64,000 nucleotides of DNA from Azolla caroliniana (taxonomy: Eukaryota; Plantae; Polypodiophyta), in assembly GCA_043228905.1 (NCBI GenBank), contig JBHGNT010000004.1:17732001-17796000 (forward strand), written 5' to 3'. This document shows, piece by piece, positions 13,587-25,417 of this stretch. The position numbers and the translations under genes are program-made. The notes below the pieces were generated by a model. The model was not told where the DNA came from and did not search any database. It was given only the letters and a program-made list of their open reading frames with translations. Each line of letters begins with the position of its first letter. Within the stretch, counting starts at the first letter, position 1.

Positions 13587-13642
13587 AGGCTGGACCGGTT
13601 TTCTCCGTCCCAACTCAATTTGGCGCATGCCGGTGGATGCGT

Positions 13643-13659
13643 GGTTAGGTGGGGGCGGA
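13643..13659 (+). promoter_or_regulatory. Polypurine tract of nested gypsy
   Basis: G-rich ggttaggtgggggcgga directly before the 3' LTR. Confidence 0.75.
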
Positions 13660-14282
13660 TGTCGTGAAGAAAACCGTCCACAAGCGGAATCGGTGCACCG
13701 AAGCGTAGGAAGCGGCTCTTCATGCACGTGCGTCTTATGTAGTACATAGAAGATCCTAGGTAAGTAGATCCGGTAGGTAGTTAATGGGAAACGGCTCCTT
13801 TCTTGCCTATAAAAGGAGGGAGACGAGGAGGATTGAAGTATCGCGAAGTAAGAGAGGACGAAGTGCTGTCGGATTGTGGGCCGAAGGCTTCTCTCTCTTC
13901 CATACTCCGTAGCTTCTTTCTGTGCAGGTTTCATGAGGCTCGCGCTGCTCTGAGGAATGCCCGAGTGCTTTCGGTAGCACCTCCAACCTACTCCTTTCTT
14001 CCTGAGCGTTTGCGAACAAGCATCGGCATCTGTTCGCCGGCCTGTTCGGTTGTAACCGACTTCGTGCTTCTCGTTTTTTGTCTCTGTTAATATATACATA
14101 CATACCTTCGTGTCTCTCTGTGTTGGTTTCCCCGCTCGCGTCTTCGTGTCAAAGGGTCGTGTCCCTGTGGATCTACGCTCGCACCTAGTGGGTCTCTTCC
14201 CTTCTCATTTCTCTCTTGCTCTTCAGTACAAGACCCCCGAGGTCCCGCCTCATTCCACGCATCCGCGAGGAATACCTCGACA
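13660..14282 (+). repeat. 3' LTR of nested gypsy
   Basis: About 98% identical to 7300-7922; followed by the CCGG TSD. Confidence 0.97.
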
Positions 14283-14286
14283 CCGG

Positions 14287-15276
14287 GCCCGTCGACAGAT
14301 CAACGTACGGCTCAAGCAAAAGACAGATGATTTTGAGCACCTACACCGGGACTACAAACGGCTGGAAACGGAGCATAAGGAACGGATGGCCGAGCTCCAG
14401 CAGGAAGTTGATCAGGTTGCGACGGCGCTTGCCGACGAACGAGCGGAAAATACAAGACAGTTGGACGAGGAGGAGAAGGTCCGGATGGAGCTCTAGAGGC
14501 AGCAGCAGGAAGAAAAGGAGAGAGCGTCAACGGTATTGCAAAAATTACAAAGCACATATCAAACGCAATTGACGCATTACAAGGAGCAGGCGGAAGACAA
14601 CGTCAAAATCATCAAGCAATTGAAGGAGGAACGACAAGCTGCGGAGATCAAATCGTAGATGGGAACGGGCCGGATTCAGTGCATCCTCCGGGCATGGCTG
14701 AATCAGACAAAACGCTTGATTGATGAAAGCTCCGTAAGATGGTGGACAAAGTGGGCACAAAATACGGCGGAACTCCAATTGCTATGGGCAGACATGGCAT
14801 ACCGGCAGAAGGAAGGAGAGGATTGTTACACGTTGACTTCCGAGGACTTCACCGCCATACGGGACGAGCTGGCCGAAGACTTCCAAGTCCTGGCGGATGA
14901 ACAGCTGGTGCAGGTCCGGCAACTCGTAGCTCAGCTAGACGATGATAGGTTGGACGATCAAATCCAGTTTGAAAGCTACGAGCGGTCCCGGGTTCGGGAA
15001 GCGGCAACGGTTAACCTTAGTGATGAGGAACCGTCGCCGAACGAGGGCCAGGCTGGAACTAGTCAACCGGAGACCACTACGACGGAGGGAGCAACGACAG
15101 AAACGCCGGTGTCAGAGCAACAAACGGAGGAGCAGCCGCAACAGCCACCAAAGGACCAGTCGCAACAGCCATCAACGGAGCAGCAACAGCAACCACAACC
15201 ACAACAACAACCAATTCCAGATGAACCATTGGAGACTCTCGAACAAAGCATTCTGGATATTTTGGACGAAGAATAG
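14287..15276 (+). pseudogene. Accessory ORF of outer gypsy, C-terminal part (coiled coil, acidic/Gln-rich tail)
   Basis: Removing the nested element and one TSD restores the frame: ...ELRQQKDREDR|ARRQINVRLKQK... Two internal TAGs (14494, 14656). Confidence 0.75.
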
Positions 15277-15331
15277 CAAGGGTCGGATGGTGGATTCGAC
15301 GTACAAGGTACTGTCCCACGGGCGTGCCATG

Positions 15332-15765
15332 TGTTACCGGCCGGCAAAGGAGTCCAGAGTGTGAAACAGAGGAGTTATTTAATTATTAGGAATGGTTGTA
15401 AGTAAGCTATTAGTGTGGACGGACGGACCGGAATCGGTATGCCGTTCCGGATTCGGACCGATCCCGAACAGGTGCGGATGGCACCGTTTTGTACTACAGA
15501 CCGGAAACCTATTTAAAGGTCCGGATACAATGTAATGAGCAGCGGTTAATTAATAAAGCTTAGTGTTTTTATCTCTCTGTGTTAATTGCCATTCTGCATT
15601 CATTGTTATATCTTACGCGTGTGATTATTAAGGACGATCTTGCTAAGTAGCCTAATTAAGTCGGATTAATCGTTGAGTCTAATCCTATTGCCGTAACACC
15701 CCTTTGGTGAAGTGTCTTCCGTAGACACCCTGTGTTAGGCCATTGTCCGGCCCTAAGAGTTAACA
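15332..15765 (+). repeat. Probable 3' LTR of outer gypsy
   Basis: Starts TGTTAC, has TATA-like cctatttaaagg (~15508), ends TAACA at 15765. An alternative end GTAACA at 15698 is possible; the partner LTR is not in the window. Confidence 0.6.
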
Positions 15766-18700
15766 ATGGAAACATGGATCGATGGATTCGAGTGGGGGAC
15801 AAATCCACGAGGGAATTCTTCCGATCCAAGGGACCGAGGCACGCTAGAACAATGATGCGCAGCCTCAACCGAGAGGATGGAACGATCAGTGAGGATGGCG
15901 ATGAAATGAGGATTATTGCCACGAGTTACTACAAGCGACTACTTACCGAAGATAATATGACCACAGGGGACGACACACGAGAAGATATTATCCTCTAGAG
16001 CACACCCACGAAAGTCACGATGGAAATGAATACATGGCTCGTGCGTCCCATATCAAACATCGAGATATGGGAGGCCCTCTCCGATTTGGATGCATATAGT
16101 TGCCCCAGAATCGATGGCCTCACTCCTCACTTTTTCACGTGCCTCTGGGACACTATTAAAGAAGACCTCCTCTAGGCATATGAGGAGATCATCACCTCTA
16201 GAAACATGCCAGAGGAATTTGGCTAGGGGATGATACATCTCATTCCTAAAAGTGGTGGGAGTGCCAACGACATTAGTAAGTGGCGGCCCATAACTCTTCT
16301 CAATACTGCCTATAAGTTGCTTGCAAAAACCGTGGCACGCCGCTTAGCAGCACTTCTCCTTCAACTCATTCATCCGTCCCAGATAGGTTTCATTAGAAAT
16401 CGGAGCATCCTAGACAACCTTTTCTTGTTTTGGGAAGCACTAGCCCTTGCCAAGCGTACCAACAACAAGGTAGGTGTGGTGCGCCTAGACTTTGAGAAAG
16501 CATATGACAAGGTATGCTGGAACTTTCTAGAAAGTGTGATGAGGAAACTCGGCTTTCAAGAGTCATGGATCGAAGGCATTGCAGGACTTTATAGGAACGC
16601 CAGCAGTTGTGTTTCATTAGCAAGTGAAAGGGGCCCCTTCTTCCGACTATTGCGGTCTGTACGACAGGGATGCCCACTGGCTCCATCCTTATTTCTATTA
16701 TACGCCGAAGCACTCTCTAGCTTTCTCAACTCGCGACAACTAAACCTATGTGGTCTTCGTGTGCCGCACTCTTACCAAAGCCTCCTGGATATAGAATTTG
16801 CAAATGACACCACAGTCTACCTACAAGGGGACTTGGAAAATCTACAAACGCTAGAAAGTGGTTTAGACGTATTTTGCAAGAGATCTAATGCCATGATCAA
16901 TTGGCACAAATCCTATGCAGTATGGCTTTCTCATGAAGCACATCATGCGTGGCACCCCCATCCCGCTTTCAAGTGGATCAATCAAGGAGCGAGTACCAAA
17001 CATACCTCCGGAGACTATGATTGCACTAGTTATTCACTCCATTCGACAAAAGTTGATATGTTGGAGTTCGAAAAAACTCTCGCTAGCGGGGCGCATCATA
17101 ATGGCAAATCAGGTATTACTCACAACAACGTGGTACAACCTATCATGCTGGACAATATCCAAGGAAAGTATACACCAGATTCAGCGATTGGTACGCAACT
17201 ACATTTGCTCTGGTAAGAGAGATCATACAACCCGGGCCAAGGTGGCGTGAACTATACTCACATCACTTGAGTTGAGAGGAGGATAGGGTCTTATTGATCC
17301 CCTCTCAAAATCAAAAGCCCTACTCGCCAAATTTGTGGTGCAAGGACTCCAACCAGGGAATGATTGCAGGAAAATGTTGTTGCGGTCACAGTTCCCTTAC
17401 TTTAAGCCAAAAAAAGGGGCCAATTGGGACCCCCAAACTAGATGGATTCTAAACATGGAGCTCAAACCTAGTTTCTCCTGCCAATTGGAGGATAGATTCA
17501 ATGCATCCATGTAGAATGTGTGGTGTGACATTAGACGAGGGCTCAAGTGCGATCAACCTAACTCTGAACCTGCTTGGCTCAGTCAATGTATCCAATGGAA
17601 CCCATGTATCAGAGATGAATCTAATCAATTAATTGGATCAAGTAAGGGGTTGTCATGTGGATACATTGCGGAAGGTCCAGGAAAAAGTATAGAATGTTGG
17701 AGATGGTAATGGATAGGCTACGAGGAGGAGGGTTCTTTGATCCCAAGAGGTAGGGAAACACCAGACAAGATCGCAAGCTCAAAATTGCAAGACAACGAGA
17801 CGCCAACACAGAATAAGGCAATTCGAGTACTAGCGTATACTGGGCATAAATGGATTGTAGATCTTGATCCTGTCAAAGTCCAACCAGATTGGCACATATG
17901 TACTCACAAAAACACATGGCTACATAAGGTTAGTTGGGACCCTTTGCAATAGACATGGCATGATCCTTACGCGGGGCAAGGAAGCAAACCCATCCCTTTC
18001 TTTCAATGCCATATTCTAGCTGCTCAAACCGCCCGAGAGCCGGTTGCTGCAAAGGTATGGCAAACGTATCAAGTTCCTCACACAATTATCACCAAGTTTT
18101 GGATAAAAAACTGGAAACAACAACACGCACGACAAATCACCACTTTCCAATGGTTGTTAATGCATAGGTCACGACGAATCCCTTCCTTTCAATGCCATAT
18201 TCTAGCTGCTCAAACCGCCCGAGAGCCGGCTGCTGCAAAGGTATGGCACACATATCAAGTTCCTCACACAATTATCACCAAGTTTTGGATAAAAAACTGG
18301 AAACAACAACACGCACGATGAATCACCACTTTCCAATGGTTGTTAATGCATAGGTCACGACGAATCCCTTTCTTTCAATGCCATATTCTAGCTGCTCAAA
18401 TCGCCCGAGAGCCGGCTGTTGCAAAGGTATGGCACACGTATCAAGTTCCTCACACAATTATCACCAAGTTTTGGATAAAAAACTGGAAACAACAACACAC
18501 ACGACGAATCACCACTTTCCAATGGTTGTTAATGCATAGGTCACTACCGGTTGGTGCATGGCAGCGTGGGACCCTTAGCTCTCCTAATTGTATAGTGTGC
18601 CTCAATGCAATAGAATCAATCCGACACGCTTTGTGGGACTACCCAGAGGCCCATCGAATATGGCAGGGGGTTGGCCGCTTATTGTAATTATGCCATGTGC

Positions 18701-19216
18701 AAGGCTTAATCATGTGGGAAAATATATGTTGGCTATCATGGCAGGCCCCAATTGACAGATATGAGCATCAGGAGGGGATGGCTTTGATGATAAAAGCACA
18801 AGAGGTTATTTTCTCCACCATCGACAATGTCCACTCAACTCCTATCAATGCCAAATCTCAAGTTGTGTTGGAATTGGTCAGCCCAATAACTCTCTAGACT
18901 CTATGGAAACAACGATGTAGACGGGTTTTCTCCAACCAAACTGCTCAGCCAACAGTGTTAATGCAAGAGATATGGAGTGAAGTTGTAGCCACTCTAAAAA
19001 GCCAATATGATGGCCTCAAGGGCGACTCCGATGGAGTTGAAAGACAACGACTAGCCTTCATCCAGCAATGGTCAGCCTCCCCCTTTATTGAGTCGGTGGG
19101 CATCCACATAAGGTGGACCTATCGCATCCCTCCAAGGATTTGTATATATTAATCTCATATGTAAAATTTTATAACTAATGGAAGGAGTTTTTTTGGAAAA
19201 AAAGAAGAAAAAAAAA
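15766..19216 (+). mobile_element. L1 LINE, degenerate ORF2 (RT + zf-RVT), lacking its 5' part, with poly(A) tail
   Basis: Motifs RWIRVGDKSTREFF, WRPITLLN, LDFEKAYDKV, SVRQGCPLAP, FANDT and CIVC..ESIRHALW. A-rich tail at 19197-19216. Confidence 0.9.
17992..18544 (+). repeat. 186-bp tandem triplication inside L1 ORF2
   Basis: tttcaatgccatattctagct recurs at 18001, 18187 and 18373. Confidence 0.92.
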
Positions 19217-22200
19217 TGTGAATATGAATAGTTTGAGGTTCAATAAATTTATTGATAATCTCAAATGGTAAGGTTAATGAATAAGGTTTTGTCTTTACTG
19301 AAACGTCCTTGTCTTACATCTTTTGTTTATTGCCCATATGCATAAAAACATCAAAGAGCGAGGTCATGGTTTTACATGAGGGGACACTTGTCCATTTGTT
19401 GCTTGCTTTCTACTTGTTATGGCATTTTTCCGAATATTGTAACAAATGTACGCAAAGCTTACATTTTCTAGCAACATAAAGACAACGTATAAGTCTATGG
19501 GAGGAGAAGATATTGACAATCTGAAAGGCTTACCAAAACAAACCGAGATGTGAGGTATTGGCCAACAACTAAAATGTACAAGAATGGTCTCTTAGATATT
19601 CTTATTCTAATCACATGAGAAAACTTGGATTTTGCCTTCAAATAATTATAGTATTTTGAGGTTCTTTGATCATATTATATGTTGAACTTTTGGTTATTTC
19701 GGTAAACCTTGAGGCTTGGTTATTTGCTTTTTGTCTTGAAAACATTGTTGTTATGTAGGCATTTTTAATCATATGATTTGTTGAACTCTTGATCCCTTAA
19801 TGTAATGTTATTCTGACTAATTTATACAATTACGAGTTCATAGAGGAATATATTCAGTACATCGACACATTAACTTTTTGTTTTTCATTTTTCACTTATA
19901 GTAAAACAACGAGGGTCAAAAGAAGACCACTAGAAAAACAAATTTCAAAACCTTTTCGTTTTGTATGTTTTTGAAATATACTTGCTTTAAAGATTCATTA
20001 TTTCATGATTCAACTTGTCTCATTATAATAGAGGTCTGATTTCAAATGGAAACTTCCTATGGAAAAAACCTGTCATTTTTGTGGTGTTGGCATAAACCAT
20101 ATGAAATATGTGCTATACTTGAAAAATGACATAAATTATCAAAAATCTAACAAACTAAATGAATGCATAGAAAGGGAGAGCTAACAAACACACGTGAATT
20201 CGTGATTAATATGACACCGTCATTTTGAAATACCATCTCGTGGAATGCACTCAGTACAGGGTACAATGATCAAGGACAACATTATAAATCATCAATGGCC
20301 TTTTCTATCTGTTATCTTTTCATTTTTCGACTAATTGGATGTTCTCTAAGGTACAAGGTATCTCTAAAAGTTGTATGTTAATGAATTTGAGGAAGATATC
20401 ATACATGAAGGTTGTCATGACGTGCGTATAACAAGATTACATAATTAAAATAACAAGACGAAACAATATTTCACATGTTGTCCCAGTTAAATGAGACTAG
20501 AATGAAGTTTAGTAAAATAGAGGAGAGAATGAGAGAGAAATTAGCAAAATATGATGTGCCAAAGCACAATGTATAGTCATTCCATTCATACATAATATAA
20601 GAGACATGTCACATGACTCTAAAAGTTATTGTGTCAATTTATATGCATAAACATGGTGAGGTAATATTAAATCTTGTGCTTTGCAACACTAAGCTTGTAA
20701 ATTTCAAGGTCCACGCAATGGATTGATGTTGCATTGCTCATGATAACTGTCCAATTTGATGTCCCACACATACACAAGCATGGTGAGGTACTAAATACAG
20801 TGAGATAGTAATAATGTTTTTTATTTGCACATTAATGTCCTGGGATCAAGCTTGAAATAAATGGGTTTAACTATGCATTCATTAGACAAACCCTTTGTAA
20901 TTTTAGATTTAGGAAATGGACACTAAATGGTTGCTTCTAGAAAGCAAACTTTTTGATCTCATGCACAAACATGATGAGATAACTAATGTTGTGGGTTCAT
21001 GTCTAGACTCTAGACTCTCAAGCATTTGATTTGAATTTGTGCTCATTAAAGAATCTCTTCGTGATTTTGGTTTAAGTTCATGTACATTAAATGGCTGCAA
21101 CAAACTTTTTGATGTCATGCACAAATATGATGAGGTAGAGTCTAGACCATAGTAGTAAAGCTTGTGTTCCTCCGACAATGTTTGTTGTGGGTTCATGTCC
21201 CAAGGAAAAGGGTTTGATGTTGTAATCTTCATCATTTAAGTTTGAGGTCATACACAACAAAAATGGTTGCTTCTAGAAAACACACTGGTTGATGTAGTGT
21301 ACAATATAATTTGACTTTTTAAGGTCATGTGTCACTTCGTTATTGAAAAATTGAAAGTAAAGGTAACATATTGGTGCTCTACTTTAACATGTGATGTCGT
21401 GTTGAACATATGCAACGTATTGTATTGACACATGCATATGCAATTTGTATATTGATAATGTATGCTTTTGAGAAGAAAGTTGAAGCAAGACTAAACCTAA
21501 GGAATAGAGATATAACACCACATAAATATTCAATAAACATTGGATAGTGTATCATGTTGGTTGGGTTTGTTCGAGAATATCATGTTATAGTCTTGGGATT
21601 GTTACTTTATTATATTGCTTTGTTTCGTGGGTTTGCTCAATCACACATTGAATGAATGTGGCCCTTATGTTCTCACCTAAATAAAACACTGGGAGTTTGC
21701 CTAGGATGGTGATTTAACACACACATGTTTGAAGAAGGAGATCATGATCTCTATTATTATTGATCAAAAGCTACACATTACTAAAGCAATGATAGATACA
21801 TAAGCTCACTCATAAATGAAGAAAGTATGGAGTTATAGTCAATTGAAACATCATCGGGTACCAATGATTACATGTCATTTAACAAAAACTAATACACTTT
21901 CATGTTAAGATTCAACTGTCTTGAAGGAGTAATTGAGTTAAAAGGAAACATGTGGTGGATATGTCACATCTACAAAGGAATGGGTGCCATGGCATTCATG
22001 CTCATTGTTTTTAAAATTTCTTTGATTATGGGAAAATATGTATCCCCTACATGGTAAAAGTCCATAGTTTCCCTAAGAAAAAGTAAACCTAAATGGTAGT
22101 TCACGCCCAAAAGCTTGTGGGGGAATCCAAAGTTCAATATCTACACCAAATAAATTTTAGAAAGTTTTTACAGAAAACATTGGTTCAAGGACCAATGATA

Positions 22201-23541
22201 TTGTTGTATAAGCAAACCTTCTTTCTTGAGAAATGGGCTTAGCCATTTTCATGTCGCAATTTTATAGTTGTTTGAATTTGATGGCTACCCCTTTATAAAA
22301 AGTCATATGACGATTGAAAGGAATAATATATAAGAGCATATTTTGACGTGCAAAATGGCAAGAAACTAGCATGATACCCATCAAACTAGAGTACCTTTTT
22401 CAGCTCACATTCTTTTATGTAGTCTAGAAGGTCTTTATGAAAACATAATTTGTTGATCGTGTGTCCACATCCTTTTCTTGTGCATGATTGAACGAGGCAA
22501 AGGAAAGAAGTGCAAAAGTAGGGAATAAAAAATCACAATTCGACAATAGTTTTCGTCAAGAAGATAGACGACTTTGATTAAAGTAAAGTGCATAACCTTT
22601 GTTCTCTACTTTTATAGGTACTCATAAGGGTTTTAAAGAGGTTGTTAATGACATTACAACATTTCTGTGATATCAACTTACCTTTTAAAATCAAATCAAT
22701 GTGTAGTCACTAACGAGAGTGGTGAAGGCGTGGGGGAAAACATGTCCCATGGTATCACTAGTGATGCTATACATGTACAAGGCATAATCTAACTAGTCGT
22801 TAAACACGTGATAACATTGTGCTACCAATTCATAAGAGCATTTTAAAATGGTTGGTTAATTAAAAAGATGTTGGCTCAATTGACATGCTTAGTGGTTTCA
22901 ATTCTTGGATTGTTGGAAATCGAAATTGTAAACTCATATGTTTTAGGGGAAAATGTATGCAAATGTTAGTGTCCAACTCAAAACATGAAATTGTCTTCAA
23001 CATGTTCTAAGGTAATGCTTTTCACCTTGTTCGTCTGTGCCTTTCCTTTTTAACATTTCACCCACCTTGAAAGGCCCACTTTTGTCATGTTCAATCATTT
23101 TTATGTGGCTAGAAGCTTCCCAACTTGTTTGGACACACATTTTGAACATAACTCAATAGGGAATCTTCACATCATGCTATCATGGTTAACACTCCACATT
23201 GTGCATTTACGGCAGATGCCTTATCATATGTAAGATTGCCACTAGATAGCAATGTTCCCTGTGACAAATAAAGAAGGGGAGGTGTGCCATCCCTGCAACG
23301 GGTGTTGATTGGTAAGTGAAGCGAACTATGCAGCGGCATGTGCATGGGCAACATTAATCTCATAGAATTCACTTGAAAGTTTTAAAAGACAGATGGCGAA
23401 GGCCGAGTTGAGTGGAAATCGTGTGTATACGAATAGAAAAATGGGTTGATCAAATTCAAGATTCGTAAAGCCAGAGGTGCATAATGAAAGAAATTGCGGG
23501 GAGTGATTGGGGTGGGGGTGTTAAAACGTGTTGTTCTCACA

Positions 23542-23554
23542 ATACTACTACCAA

Positions 23555-23602
<48 letters not shown>
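23542..23602. repeat. (TAC)n microsatellite upstream of HIPP
   Basis: Read directly from the sequence. Confidence 0.9.
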
Positions 23603-23850
23603 AGACTAATAATAATTGCAAGAAGAAGTAACTTCCCCTTGTTCACTCCTCTTCTTTAACACAACATATAACCCACACATGTTTGACAGGCGTTTTTTTC
23701 CTTCTTCGTTTCCTTTTCAATTTATGTACAATAATAATTTAAAGTCAAGAAATGGAAATAAATGCCCCAAAAACAAAAAATAACAAAAAATAACAAAAAA
23801 AAAAAAAAAGGCGCGCACAGAGAAAGAGAGAACATTTTCTTGTATATCCC

Positions 23851-23885
<35 letters not shown>

Positions 23886-23954
23886 AAGATACACTCACTC
23901 ACACAAGCGTCTTTCTTCTATATTGGGTTTCCTGTACTTCGTTGGATCTACAGA

Positions 23955-23993
<39 letters not shown>

Positions 23994-24099
23994 ATTTCTG
24001 CTCCTTCTGCTTCACGTAATACGCATCGATGGCCTAGACACATTCACATTCACACACACACACAGAGCAAAAGCAAAGGCAAAAGCAAAGCCAACCAAC

Positions 24100-25384
24100 A
24101 TGGGCCAGACTCAGAATGTAAGTCTCCCTCTCTCCCTGTTTCTTGTTTTGTCTCCTCAATGAATGGATCAATATTGTTGTAGGTTTAACAGTTCATCGAA
24201 TCCCCCCTTTTCCACATCTTGAACGTTTCCAGTTACAATTTAGTTCAAAACTTTTTTCATATACAGTTTTACTTTGTCCATTTTGAACATTTCCAGCTAA
24301 ATTCAATTCATCAAATCTATCTCTTTGTTCATTTTCAGCTCGATTTTTCTGAAATAATACCATTTTTTATTATTTCCAGCTGGATGTAGCTGATATGGCC
24401 CTACGGGTTATGTTTCTAATCTTGAACAATTCTAATTAGATCTCATTAAAATGAGCATATGTCCCTCAACACTTCTAGCTAGATTCATGTAAAATCATCG
24501 ACAGGTTTACTTAGTTCAACTGATTATATTGGCTATTTTGATCATTTTGAGTATTTCCAGCTCCATCTAGAGGAAGTTGGAATTGGTCAAATGGGTTTCT
24601 TTCCACATTTTGAGGATTTATAGCTAGACTTGCTTGAAATGTTTATATGGACTATCACATTTTCTCCTAATATACTTAATGGAATGAGAATCTGAGTTCA
24701 ATTTCCCTTTAGCAAATATAGAACTAGGTGTGAATCTGGTACAACTAATGTTTAATGTATAGTAGCTGCCTTTGGAGCGTAATTTAGCATATCTATATAT
24801 CCATTTATAATGTATGTATATATATATGTATATGTATATTCATATCTTTAATTTGGAGCTTGATTTAGTTGAAATGGTGTTACGGGGTTCTTTACCTTGT
24901 AGAAATGGGGAAAATGTGGGTTCTTTATATGAAACTTAAAAGCTTCTCTATTTGAGAATGTGGGTTATTTCTTATGCATGATTATGTGGCTTTGTCAACT
25001 GTAAGAATTGTGGGTTTCATTATGTGAAAATGTGAGTTTTATATCTAAAAGCGTAGGTTTGGTACATGGAAATGTGACTTCTTTATGTGAAAGTGTGGGT
25101 TATATATGTGAAAATGTCAGTTCTATATATACAAATGTAGGCCCTATATCTGAAAAATGTGAGTTCTGTATGTGAAAAATATGGGTTATGGATGTAAAAA
25201 TGTGGGTTCATTTTATTTTTTAAATGCATATCTTAACAAATTATGGGGAGTTTCAGGAGGAAGGAGGGAAGAAAGGAAAGAAGGAGAAAGAGAAGGAGAA
25301 TGACAAAGTCATCCTCAAAGTTTACATGCACTGTGAAGCATGCAAGAAAAAAGTGAGAAAAGCCTTGCAAAGCCTGCCGGGTAT

Positions 25385-25417
<33 letters not shown>

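Larger units (their letters stand above)
7300..14282 (+). mobile_element. Full-length nested Ty3/gypsy LTR retrotransposon (6983 bp)
   Basis: 623-bp TG...CA LTRs at 7300-7922 and 13660-14282. TSD CCGG at 7296-7299 and 14283-14286. PBS, PPT, gag-PR and RT-RH-IN all present. Confidence 0.97.
1..15765 (+). mobile_element. Ty3/gypsy LTR retrotransposon, non-chromovirus (Athila/Tat-like); 5' end lies outside the window; carries a 3' accessory ORF and a nested element
   Basis: Order is gag-PR-RT-RH-IN in one frame, then an A-rich spacer (5142-5172), an extra ORF and a TGTTA...TAACA 3' LTR. No chromodomain after the integrase GPY motif. Confidence 0.9.

Noticed and set aside
19220-23400. Possible genes or TE relics in AT-rich intergenic DNA, including scrambled short repeats at 20640-21300
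   Set aside because: No spliceable ORF, and motifs are too decayed to classify by eye.
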